Source: Lama glama
Lineage: Eukaryota
Reading direction: 5' to 3'
Length of the DNA stretch: 64,000 nucleotides
Assembly: GCA_028534125.1 (NCBI GenBank)
Contig: CM052830.1
Span: 23,746,001-23,810,000, forward strand
This document shows, piece after piece, positions 1-52,830 of this stretch. Position numbers and translations under genes: made by a program. The notes beneath the pieces were generated by a model. That model had not been told where the DNA came from, made no database searches, and saw only the letters and a program-made list of their open reading frames with translations. The number at the start of each line of letters is the position of its first letter. Within the stretch, counting starts at the first letter, position 1.

Positions 1-490
1 AGCCTCGGCCTGTTCGGCTCCCCACCTTGGCGTCTTTCAGAGCCGGGCCAACAGCTACTTTCATGACTGTTTCCCGTGTAACACAGATGCCCGAGGGGCC
101 AGGCTTAATGTCCTCACTTGTAGGAGCTAGAAATCCCACGACCTTGTCTAGAGCCAGCGCTTCATAGAGAGACCTTACTCGAATGACGACATAGTTGCTA
201 ATTGGCAGGGCAACCTTTTAAATGGCTTACACTCTACACAGGGGAGGATGCCAAAGCCAGTGGGTTGTAATTCTTTTCTAGCAGAGCGAGCACTGAGAAT
301 AGAGGAGCGAGAAGAAAGGGGTCAGAAGATCCAGCTCCAGAGTCTGGAGACGGAGGGTCTGGGTTCAGCAACCTCTCCTCCCCTTCCTGCACATGCGATA
401 GCTTCCCTTGTCGTAGCTCACTTTGCTGATCTGCAAAACCAGGGCAGAGGGACCTTTGCTGCTTGCTAGGTTTGGGCGAGGCAGGCACAG

Positions 491-703
491 CAGGCCCCTC
501 GCCGTCAGCGCGGGGCGGCTGGGGCTGGACAGACCGTGGCTGTGCGGGCTGCTCTGTGCGCTGTCGGCTGCTTAGAGGCATCCTTGGCCTGTCCGCACCA
601 GATGCCAGTAGCACCCCTGCCCTCAGCTGTGACAACCAAAAATGTCCCTAGATATTGCCACTACCCCCTTAGGAGCAAAATCCCTCCCAGCTGAAAAGCA
701 CTG
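491..703 (-). mobile_element. MER20 (hAT-Charlie non-autonomous DNA transposon)
   Basis: gatgccagtagcacccc...tgtgacaaccaaaaatgtccctagatattgcca...aaaagcactg matches the reverse complement of the recalled MER20 consensus. Confidence 0.8.
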
Positions 704-1724
704 GTACATGTGAACACACCAGGTAAGGAAACTCTTCGCTGCCTTGCCTGGATGTGGCCAGCACACTTTTATCAGTTCATTCACTAAGTTGATATACAGC
801 TGAGAGCAGTTTTAAGAGTGAAAATCAAAGCTGTCAGGCAAACACAGACCCTCTCCTCTTTCCTCCTGCCACCCCCACCTGCCATCAAAGACCAGGTGCA
901 CTTGGCAACAGCCTGGCCTTAACCACCCAGCCTGGCCCAGAGCACTCCCCTCTGCTGGCCGGATACTTCTTGCGGCGTGGGCCTCACCCTTGTGAAGTTG
1001 GATGCATTAATACTAGCAAAGTATTTCTTAATCTCCTAAGCCTCCACTTTGAATCCTTAAAAAGGAAAGAAAGAAACGGCATAAATCTCCTAATTAGGAC
1101 GTCCAATCACTTCAATAACTATTTACCCCATTCCGCACGAGGCACGGAAACCCTGTGCCCTCAGTCAGTGGAGGTCGGCACAGTGCGCCCTGGGGACAGC
1201 GGGATGCGGCCGAGCCCGGCTCTGGATGCAGTGAGTGCTGGGAGAGCGTTTCCAGTCCTCCCACTTCTGCTAAAGACAGGTGAGCAAACACATCCCATGC
1301 CTGCTCCGCGCTGAGTCCCAGGTGGGCACGAGGTCCTCACTGAGTCCCTGCCTGGCTTCCTCAGCTTTCCGGAGAGAGGTAGTAGCCTCCTCTGCCACCA
1401 CGCCACGCAAGCCATCCCGGCATTCTCTCTCGAACGTCCCGGCTGGGCATCTTGGCCCCGTCAGGATCTCCGCCCCTTCCTGTCCACTTATTCACACCAA
1501 GGGCCACCCTCTACAGGCAGCCTGCCAGGTTGTCACCCCCATCATTCCTTCTATCCAGCGCTGCTTCCCTGCTTAGACCCTACTCAGCTCAGCTCACAAA
1601 CAGCCTGGGATTAGGGGCTGTCCGGCCTTGTGTACGTTCCAAAGGCAAAGGCTTCCCTTAGATTTTGGTACCTCCAGTGAGGTCTTATCTAGATTAGGTG
1701 TTTTGTAGAGTCTCTCCAGGTAAG

Positions 1725-1830
1725 CAGTCAAGTGTCACTATTCCCATTTTATAGATGTGGAAACCAAGATCCTGAGAGTTTCAGGGCCTTGCCCAGGGCC
1801 TTACAGACCCTCAGGCCTCCTGATGCCCAG
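1725..1830 (-). mobile_element. MIR SINE fragment
   Basis: attcccattttatagatgtggaaaccaag core. Confidence 0.6.
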
Positions 1831-2619
1831 GCTGGGCACTAATGAGTGGCTTCCTCTCTCTTGACTTTAGGAGACTTTAGAGACAGATTTCACTGGGGCC
1901 TGAAATAGAAGTGGGGATGAGGGCGTGAGTCTTAGAGGAGGGGGCAAAACACCTCATCAAGTGGCAAAACACAGAAAAGATCTAAGGAAGCAGAGAACCC
2001 CCGGTGCAGGCTGATGGGGAGGGGCTCCTGCTGCAAGTGTTCGCTCATCCTGGTCCCCTAACCCATGGGAACTTCCGCCCACCCTTCTGGGCTGAGCTCA
2101 AGCTCCGCCCTTCCAGGAAGCCCTCTGAGAGCCCCCCTGTTCCCCCTCAAAGCCAGACTGCTTTGTCCTCGCATACTTCATTCTCGTGGCTTGTCTTCTC
2201 GAAGTGCTACGGACCCCACTGTGTGGCAGTCAGCTTTCTCTGCCTCCAGCCCCACCTCCAGGCCTGCACCCCGCTCCTAAGCCCTCCAAGGCCTGGCTCT
2301 GAATCGCCCCTCCCTCCTTCCTCCTCCTCCCACACAGGCCCAAGGGACGTCCCAGGACATCTGAGGCTCATGCTTTTAAAGAATGAGAATTCAGAGAGGG
2401 AGGGGAAGGCCGGATGACCTCAGGAGTGGCTTCAGGAAGCTGGTGTTCCTACCTGGGCTTGGCTGCTGCCTGGCTCACTCCCCGCAAGGGCTGGCACGGC
2501 AGACCTTCCTCACCTCTGCAGGCGCCAGCAAACGTGCGAGGAGTGGAGTCACACGGCGTTTCTGCATCACCATCATGGCCACCATAGCCAGCTGTCATTG
2601 ATCACTCACTGTGCCAGGT

Positions 2620-2760
2620 TCTGCTCTCGGTACTACATGCACACGACCATCGATCCTCAGAACAACCCTCTGAGGTGAGCAGGACTGTTATCTCCACTTT
2701 ACAGATGAGGAAATGGAGGCTGAGCAAGGTCGCATAGCTCAGACCAGCCAGAGAGCTGGA
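2620..2760 (-). mobile_element. MIR SINE
   Basis: ctgtgccagg...tcctcagaacaaccctctgagg...ctttacagatgaggaaatggaggct. Confidence 0.75.
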
Positions 2761-2959
2761 AATGGGGTTGGGAGACCCTGGGAAGTCCCTGGACCTCTCA
2801 GAGCTCAGTTCCCTTCCCTGAAACGAGACGGTTGCAGGATGAGCTCCAAAGGGGCTCCCGGCTCCCTCTGGGACTTGCTGAGCCCTCCGGTCTCCTGCGG
2901 CCTGCCCTGCAGCCCCACTCTGCCTTCCCGGGAAAGCCAAGCTTGCAGAGCCGGTGCAG

Positions 2960-3200
2960 AGTGGAGATAAAGACTCTGGAGCCAGACTGCCTGGGTTCAA
3001 GTCCATCGGCCACTGAAGTGACTTTGGGCAAGTCTTTGTACCATGGCATGTCAGTTGCCCCCCTGTAAAATAGGGGTGATACTGATAGTACCTACTTCAT
3101 TCGTGGTGAGAGGATTAAGTGTGTTAATATTTGTCAAGCGCTCAGAACAGTGTCTGGGACAGAGTTAAGCACTATGTAAGGGTTTGTTAAATAAATAAAA
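2960..3200 (+). mobile_element. MIR SINE, near full length
   Basis: ggagccagactgcctgggttcaagtcc...ctgtaaaataggg...gtacctacttc...gcgctcagaacagtgtctgg. Confidence 0.85.
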
Positions 3201-4339
3201 AATCCTTTTCCTTTTGCTCAGTGGTGAGGTGCCTGCTTGTGGAGGATGGCTGGGGACAACTGGTGGGTACGGGCAGTGCAGGTGTGGGGGGACAGACCTG
3301 CCCTACTGCCCTAGCAGTGGGGTCAAAGGCCAACAATCACAGAAGCCTTACAGAATCAGTCAAGGGATCAAGGGTTGTGGGGAGAGATTTCTCTTCCCTT
3401 TGGGCAGTCCCAGCGACCGACCTTCAGAAAATAAAAGCCAGCAGAAGCTGGGGGGGGGAGGGATGAGGAGGCAATGTGAAACCCCACCCAAGGCACTGAG
3501 ATCTTCCTCAAACAGGAGGCCACAGCCTGGTGGCTGACCTAAGCCAGACCCTTTAATTCCTGGGAAAGGGAGAAAACATATATTGACACTCTGAAGTGTC
3601 TGGCAATTGTGTTTCAAAAACCACTGAAAGCAACTCTTGGAGCCAGCAATCAGCTGCCCACCAGCCACCCTGCGCCCCAAAGGAGAGGCTGGGGAACNNN
3701 NNNNNNNNNNNNNNNNNNNNNNNNNNNNNNNNNNNNNNNNNNNNNNNNNNNNNNNNNNNNNNNNNNNNNNNNNNNNNNNNNNNNNNNNNNNNNNNNNNNN
3801 NNNNNNNNNNNNNNNNNNNNNNNNNNNNNNNNNNNNNNNNNNNNNNNNNNNNNNNNNNNNNNNNNNNNNNNNNNNNNNNNNNNNNNNNNNNNNNNNNNNN
3901 NNNNNNNNNNNNNNNNNNNNNNNNNNNNTCCTTTAAAAGTAATTGCCCGGCGCCTCGGACGGGGTGTTGTATGCTTGTTTCCTTTCCTTTCCTTTTCTTT
4001 TCTTTCTCGAGCATAAAACATTACTTTTCTCCTTGCTTTCCCTAATTTGCGGGGTGGCGTGGTGGGGGGTAGAGCGGTGGTGAGCTGGAAAGGGTGCTGG
4101 CCCGGTCGCTTACCCCTCGGCTCCTCTTCCTGCTCTGACGGCTCTGGAGGCCCGGGAGTGACGCTGGGTGCCGAGCGAGTGGAAGTCAGGGGCTGGGAGC
4201 TGGGCCTGTGACCTCACCGCCAGACCCTCAGAATGAATGAGGGAATGAACGTGAATGAATGAATGCCTTTCCTTCAGCAAATGCTTGCACGGATCCAGCT
4301 CCAGCAAGCAAAGGGGGCGCTCAAGTTGGCTGCGATGCG

Positions 4340-4430
4340 ATTGCCCGGGATTCGAATCATACTTTTGCTCAGCTTGGGGCAAATTACTGAGCTCTCTCTC
4401 CGCGTCTCCTTTTAACTCTATGAAGTGGGG
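4340..4430 (+). mobile_element. MIR SINE fragment
   Basis: gggattcgaatc...ttggggcaaattact...ctatgaagtgggg. Confidence 0.45.
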
Positions 4431-5640
4431 CTACCAGCCAGGCCGCTTCCCTCCGGCCCGAGTAGCAGTGTCTTGCCTTGTATATAGAAAGCGCTCTGGC
4501 ACCTCTATCATTCCTGACTGCGTTGCGGGGTCCCCCAGTCGGGCTCTGCAGGGGAGGCGGCTCCCTGCAAAACCAGGTCGATCACACGTCCCGTGGGCTC
4601 CTCCGAGGTGCCAGGCCTGGCGCGGAGACTCACAGGTCAACTCGGTGTGAGTCTGCCCTGCAGGAGCGCCATGGCTCGTGGGGTCCCCGGGATAGAGGCC
4701 GTCGGGGCACGAGCGAAGCCAGACTCGAGGTAGAGCTGCTATGCCCTTCTGGCCACAGTCCGGGTAGACTCGCCCTGGGGCCCTGGGCTCGTCCGCGGAC
4801 TGCGGGCGGGCGCCGTCGGAGCCAGTCTCCCAGGCCGGAGTGAGACAGAGAGGGAAGGCCGGACCAGGGGCCGTGTCTCGGGCATCTTGAAGGCATTGTG
4901 TTTAATAAATCCGGGCGAGACGCACACCCGCTCTACCCTCTCTCCTCTCAGCTCCCAAATCGAGACCTGCTGTGGGACCCCCATTTTATGGGGTCTTAAA
5001 ACCCCCCTCCACTTTGATTAGCAGCTTCAAAGAGCTCCCTTTAAAGTTTGCCCCCTTCCCCGCCCCCACCTCCCCTTTTACAGGCCACCCCTCCCCCATC
5101 ACTCCTTCTAGACTTCTGGACGACAGCAACAAAACTCTTAATGCAAGTTTTTTTAATGGGGGAGGGTGCGGGGAGGAATCTTCAGGCTTCCTCCTGAACG
5201 TGGGCCGTAGAAATTACCTGTTTCAGGCTTGCACTGGAGCCGGAGAACCGTGCAGCTTGGCTTTTTCTCTTTTTCTTTTTTTTTTTTTCTTTTCTTTCTC
5301 TTTTTTCTTTTTTTGGTTNNNNNNNNNNNNNNNNNNNNNNNNNNNNNNNNNNNNNNNNNNNNNNNNNNNNNNNNNNNNNNNNNNNNNNNNNNNNNNNNNN
5401 NNNNNNNNNNNNNNNNNNNNNNNNNNNNNNNNNNNNNNNNNNNNNNNNNNNNNNNNNNNNNNNNNNNNNNNNNNNNNNNNNNNNNNNNNNNNNNNNNNNN
5501 NNNNNNNNNNNNNNNNNNNNNNNNNNNNNNNNNNNNNNNNNNNNNNNNNNNNNNNNNNNNNNNNNNNNNNNNNNNNNNNNNNNNNNNNNNNNNNNNNNNN
5601 NNNNNNNNNNNNNNNNNNCTGACAGCGCCCGGCAGCTTCA

Positions 5641-5845
5641 CCAATCGGTAATGGAAAGTTCCACCAGCCACCTCTGATTGGCCCTCCAGGCTTCGCTCAA
5701 GGGCGGGGTCAGGGGCCCCCACGTGGGGGGCAGGAGCCAGAAAGGGGCGGGGCGGGTAGGAAGCGGGTGCGCCCACCCGTGACGTAAGGGGGAGGGCAGA
5801 GAAGGGGGAGGGGAAAAGGAAGCTCCGAAGAGGAGCCATTTTGTG
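5641..5845. promoter_or_regulatory. Upstream promoter-like module (CCAAT x2, kappaB-like, GC boxes, E-box, CRE-like, YY1-like)
   Basis: CCAAT 5641-5645; GGAAAGTTCC 5653-5662; ATTGG 5677-5681; GGGCGGGG 5701-5708; CACGTG 5720-5725; TGACGTAA 5780-5787; GCCATTTT 5835-5842. Confidence 0.6.
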
Positions 5846-7435
5846 TCTAATGAATGCTGCGGCCAGATGCTCGCATCTGTCGAGCCGGGCTTCTCCCCAC
5901 CCCCCTCTTCGGTGCGTGCCGCCCACGATTTATGTTTTTATTTAGGAAAATAAATAAATGGAGAGAGGAGCGCGGTTCGGGTCTGGCGGCCGGAGGGGGC
6001 GCGGGGAGGCTCAACTCCGAGGCGAGGGCTCACGTGCAACCCCCTCGCACCGGCCTCAGAGCGCCCGCTCGCTCTCAGCTCCTCATTAAGATGCAAAGAG
6101 CACTCCGGCTCCTAATGAGGGAGAATACAGATCCGGGGCGCGCCGCCGGCCCGGGCTGCGTGCGGGCTCGCGGGGATGCGGGGATGCGGGGGGGGCACCC
6201 GGGGCCCCGCCTGGGCCTGCCCACCCGGCGGTGCCCGCGGGGTCTGGGGCCCGCGCGCCGGTCTCCCAGACTCCCAGCCTCCCAGCCTCCCAGCCTCTCC
6301 AGGGCCGCGTTCCCCCAGCGCGTCCGCCCTGATGTGGCCCTGAGCGCAGGACATCGAGGCTATCGGTTTGCAGGCACACTGGCCCCCGGAGTCGAGTGGC
6401 CTGGGCGACCGCGGGGAGTCCCGAGGCGCGGGCGCGCGTGTGTGAGTGTCTGCGCCTCCCGGGGCGTCGAGGCTGGCGGCCGAGGCACCCACAGGCTCGC
6501 GCACGCGCCCCTCCGCGGGCTTCCGCCGACGCGGGGACACTGCCGGGAGCAGGCTGAGAAAACCGGGTTGGAACTCGGAGCGCCTGGGCCGCGGTGGGGC
6601 CAGGCCGCCACTGCGTCCCCGACTCCGCTTCCCCGGCCCGGCGCTCAGTAAGCAGCTGAGGCGAGGGCGTAGCCACCTCTACCGCGAAGGAGCCCCGAAT
6701 GGGGACAGCGCGGGCTGGGACGGGTGGCCGCTGCGGGCCGAGCAGGAGTTCCTCGGACTTCTCCTCGCGGACAGCCGCCGCACATCAAAGACGCTGCTTA
6801 TTTGGCTTTCCGAAAAGAAGACGGAGGAACAAAGAAGAGCCGGGGGCCATGGCGGTTGGGGGGAGGAGAAGGGGTACAGAAAGGGGCACCATCAGTTCCG
6901 AGCAGATTTCTTAAGGTGGGAGGCAACTTCGGGAGCCACCATTTTATCGGTCCTAAATCTTGTGAAGTGAAAACATTAAAGTGACAAAGTGACTCTGTTT
7001 GTTTTATAGTATCTAATTGGGCTGCTTTGCAGACCTAATGAGATTAGAGGGAGGCATCGTTCGCCGCTACCGCAGAATAAACTGATACGTTACTACCAGC
7101 CACAGGTTTTGAGGACTGTACAGCTTGTCTTTTTTCTTTTGTTATTCCTCTATCTTCCCCCTTTACCCCTCCTGCCAAATAATTATTTGCCTGTAGATCG
7201 TGGGAAAGAAAAGGACAGGAGGGGGAAAACACCCTNNNNNNNNNNNNNNNNNNNNNNNNNNNNNNNNNNNNNNNNNNNNNNNNNNNNNNNNNNNNNNNNN
7301 NNNNNNNNNNNNNNNNNNNNNNNNNNNNNNNNNNNNNNNNNNNNNNNNNNNNNNNNNNNNNNNNNNNNNNNNNNNNNNNNNNNNNNNNNNNNNNNNNNNN
7401 NNNNNNNNNNNNNNNGTCGCGGGCCGAGTCCGGCA

Positions 7436-7470
7436 GCCCCACGTGGGGGCCGTGCGCTCCCATTGGCCAG
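7436..7470. promoter_or_regulatory. Proximal promoter E-box plus inverted CCAAT box
   Basis: CACGTG 7440-7445 and ATTGG 7462-7466, just upstream of the inferred TSS. Confidence 0.6.
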
Positions 7471-7608
7471 CGCCGGGCGAAGCTGCCACATTATTTTGTT
7501 ACTTTTCAGTCCCTATTTGGAACTGCTCTCGCGGCAGTTCAGACCTCGTGCTCGTCCCCCTCGCCTGTCTGTGTGTGGTATCCGCAGGTCCGGGGCACTT
7601 TTTTTTTG

Positions 7609-7642
7609 GTGTGTGTGTGTGTCTGTGTGTGTTGGGTGTGTG
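7609..7642. repeat. Imperfect (TG)n tract in the 5'UTR
   Basis: gtgtgtgtgtgtgtctgtgtgtgttgggtgtgtg. Confidence 0.85.
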
Positions 7643-7934
7643 TTTGGGGGGACTGGCGGGGCGCGGAGAGGAGAGCCGGGCCGCGGGGAAGGAAGGAAGC
7701 CGCAGAACTCCCGGGTCTCGGCCGCGTCTCCCCTCCAGCGCTCTCCTGCTTGCGCGCTCCGAGGCGGCGGCGGCGGCGCCGAGCGCTCCTCGCTGGAGAC
7801 ACGGCGCTCGAGCTGCGAGCAGCGAGGACTCCTTTGCGGCGGTTTCCTGTGCCTGCTGGAGTTAGGATGCCAGGCCGGCTGATTCCCACCTACTGAGCTC
7901 GGAGTTTCCTCGGCGGCCCTGGGAAGGGCTTGTA

Positions 7935-7953
7935 GCGGCGGCGGCGGCGGCGG
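7935..7953. repeat. (CGG)6 tract in the 5'UTR
   Basis: gcggcggcggcggcggcgg; a second, shorter tract lies at 7763-7777. Confidence 0.9.
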
Positions 7954-8498
7954 TGGCAGTAGCAGACGGAACAGCAGGCTCTCCTCTCCGAGGGGGGGCG
8001 TCGAAGCGCCCGCGCCGGGCTCCCGCCCTCACCCTTCGGCGCTCCTGCGGCCCCAAGCCGCCACCTCTGTGCCTGTCTCCTTCCTCTTCTCGCCGAGAGC
8101 CGCCCCTGGTATCGCACCGCGCACCCCGGATGCTGGGGCTGCCCCGGCGCGCCCCCGTCCCGGCGCGACGCGCTGAGTGATCCGGGGGGCGCCCTCGCTC
8201 GCCCCGGGAGGGGCCCGGGACCTCGGGACCCCGCGCCGGACCCGCCGGGGAGACGACGATGTCCGCGCAGCCCCCGGCCCTGACGCGCTCCACGCAGCCG
8301 GGGGAAGGCGGCCGGCCGCAGCCCGCCGAGCCCTAAGTGTACAAAGCCCGCGCCCGCCGCCCGGCCTCGGCGCCCGCCGACGACTTTGCCGCCTGCTCCG
8401 CGGCTCTTTGTCTCCGCTCGGGGCGGGCGCCCGACTCTGGGATTTCGCTGCGAGAGCGGGCTGGGGGGGCCGGGGGCGAGCTCCCGGCTTCCCGGCCG

Positions 8499-8774
8499 NN
8501 NNNNNNNNNNNNNNNNNNNNNNNNNNNNNNNNNNNNNNNNNNNNNNNNNNNNNNNNNNNNNNNNNNNNNNNNNNNNNNNNNNNNNNNNNNNNNNNNNNNN
8601 NNNNNNNNNNNNNNNNNNNNNNNNNNNNNNNNNNNNNNNNNNNNNNNNNNNNNNNNNNNNNNNNNNNNNNNNNNNNNNNNNNNNNNNNNNNNNNNNNNNN
8701 NNNNNNNNNNNNNNNNNNNNNNNNNNNNNNNNNNNNNNNNNNNNNNNNNNNNNNNNNNNNNNNNNNNNNNNNNN
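8499..8774 (+). other. N gap inferred to contain the TLE3 ATG (MYPQGRHP) and the intron 1 donor
   Basis: Exon 2 begins in phase 0 at APHQPGQP and no MYPQGRHP-coding sequence is visible elsewhere. The gap sits between the 5'UTR and intron 1. Confidence 0.8.
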
Positions 8775-9169
8775 GATGGGGGGGCGCCGTTGAGAGGAGG
8801 TTAATTCCGCCCAATTGGCGTCGGGGGCTGCCTGTGCTCCCGGGGAACTGTTTGTTTTCACGCTGTCCCCCGCCCCCTCGCCGAACTCTCCCAACTCACT
8901 CGGCGTGTCTTCCCCGCCCCCGTCTTACTTGGGAATGGGAGCCCCTTCGTGAAAGGGACGGGAGCCCCGCGGCCAATAGGGAGAAGTCGGGGCGCCCCCA
9001 CTCCCCGTTGGGGAGTTGAGAAACTTGCTGGAAGGTTCTGGGCTGTGAGGGTGGCCTCCCCGGTTGGGCGGGGGCGGGGGGGGCCGGGGGAAGCCGCGAG
9101 GGGCCTGGGCAGCTCGGAGCCCCGTCTCACGTCCTCGCCCCTCCCCTGTCTTGTCCTCGCCGTCTCCAG

Positions 9170-51004
<41,835 letters not shown>

Positions 51005-52830
51005 GCGAGGACTTCACAGGGCTGTCAGACCCTGGGAGACAGACTCAGCCATGCCGGGGGCCAGCCAGGGGCCCCGCGGATGCAGAGGACGGGCAGCCAG
51101 CGGCCCCGCGGCCCCGCGCTGCACTCCGTGGCCTGAGGGCACACGCCCGTCGCGGTCTGGACTTCTGGGCATGGACTGATCTGTCTCACGAACTCCGACA
51201 GATTTCTCTTCTCCTCCCTCTAATAGTCCTGGCAGATGCTACGAATAGATTTATTTGGAGGCTCGTGGCTCCAGCTCCCCAGACACCCTCGTGGATCTGT
51301 CCTCCCTTCCCCTTTAGTCTGCTTTGTCCCCCTGCCCTGGCTCGGGGCCGCTGGAGTGTGGACCACACGTTGTGCCGGGGTGGGGGGATGGGCTTCATGT
51401 TCCCGACTGTGCAGCGCACAAGATTGTGAAAAGTGTAAATAACAGACTCCTATCTCGGACTGGTCAGGGCGGGAGGGAGCCCCTCCCACCGAAACACTAG
51501 CCGTGTATTTCGCCTGCTGTATTTGTAATCCACTCGTGGTGGTGGCTTTTTTTTTTTTTTTTTTTTCGAAACAGAAGTTCCCATCTGGGAGGGGAGGCGG
51601 GGGTGGGATGGGGAGAAGACTCCTGGGGTGGAGGAGGGGCAGCAGCTGGCAGCCACGGGGACCGTGAGCTTCGCCCCGGAGGCGCGCATCTCCTCGTGGA
51701 CCTGGGACTCCTCTGAGGCGCGCCAGACCTTGCTCCAGACAGACCGATGGACAGGCAGAACTTGAGGTGGGTGCCCGCCTGGGCTGACGTCAGCAGAGGG
51801 GCAGGCTTTTCTGTGGCCTCCTGAGCGCCACCTGCCTTTTGGCCTCTCTGGGGCCCCGCTCAGGTGTCTGACCCTCCCTCCCCGCCCCCTCACCTCGGGC
51901 TCGCTTTGGTGCACACTTGGTTCTCCTGATTAGAAGTGGAGGTTCAAAGGAACTCCATCTCCGGCCCTTCCTAATCTTCGGACACCACCTAAAGGACAAA
52001 GGTTGGAGGAGAGCATAGCAGCTCAGCTCAGGGAGCTACCAGAGAAGCAACAGCAACTGATGTGGGGATTTTTTGGGTTTTTTAATAAAGAGAATTAGAA
52101 ATGATACCCTTTTATGAAAATGCCTTCGCCCCTGCCCCTTCCTCTCCCCTAGAGGGAAAAACCACGTATTAACCCACAGGGTCCTGAGTCAGAGCATCGT
52201 GCCCCCTCCCGCCGGGGGAAAGGGGCCCGCGGGGGGCGGGGACACCGTGCGCCCTTCTCGCAGCTTCCTGTCTCTCTCAGGAGCCCAAGCAGGTTACAGG
52301 TAGAAGATTGTCTGCTGCAGGTGCCACTTTTTTGGTACCAAAATGTTCTGAGGAATTAGAATTTGGCTAGGGTTCCCCCCTCCTTTTCCTTTTGGTCTTA
52401 TTTTTCTTACTTTGAGGAAAAGCTGGAGGCCGCTGGGTCCTGGTGCGGCTCTCCGCGGATGTAGCGTATGGAAGATACTTTTTATACTGCATTTTTATGG
52501 ATTATTGTCTAATGTGTGGCTCCGTCTGGTTGAAGGCAGGAGGGGCTCTGGTGAACCCCCCATTCAGTGCTCTTGCTCCCGGGCGCAGAGATGGGCACAG
52601 CGCCCTGCACCTTTCTGAGGTTGGGGAGGGTGTGCAGACTCTGTCTGTCTGTCTGTCTCTCTGGGTCTCAGATGTTCATGTTCCAACTCTTGTTATGACT
52701 CTTGCCACGAGGCAGGGCGAGGGTAGGAGAAAGTTGATTCCTGAAGAAAAAAGAAAATGAAAAGTCATTGTAATGAGCTGTTTTTATATTTTTAAAAGTT
52801 ACTATTTAAAGGTTGGTCTGATTGTTGCGT
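51005..52830 (+). other. TLE3: TLE3 3'UTR (end approximate)
   Basis: Follows the stop codon. It has U-rich blocks, a Pumilio element, AATAAA at 52084-52089 and an AU-rich terminal block at 52740-52830. Confidence 0.65.
52084..52089 (+). terminator. Candidate proximal polyadenylation signal AATAAA
   Basis: Canonical hexamer after a U-rich stretch, about 1.1 kb past the stop. Confidence 0.45.

Larger units (their letters stand above)
7490..8498 (+). other. TLE3: TLE3 exon 1, long GC-rich 5'UTR (continues into the N gap)
   Basis: It follows an E-box/CCAAT module and resembles the human TLE3 5'UTR as recalled. The start is approximate. Confidence 0.7.

Noticed and set aside
7440-7466. CCAAT and CCACG pair as an ER-stress element (ERSE)
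   Set aside because: The spacing is 15 nt, not the required 9 nt.
7573-7595. TGG TAT CCG CAG GT (WYPQV) resembling the TLE3 start MYPQG
   Set aside because: There is no ATG and the match is only about 10 nt; the true start is inferred to be in the 8499-8774 gap.
52330-52343. 14-bp perfect palindrome TTTTGGTACCAAAA in the 3'UTR
   Set aside because: It is low complexity, and one palindrome of this length is expected by chance in 64 kb.
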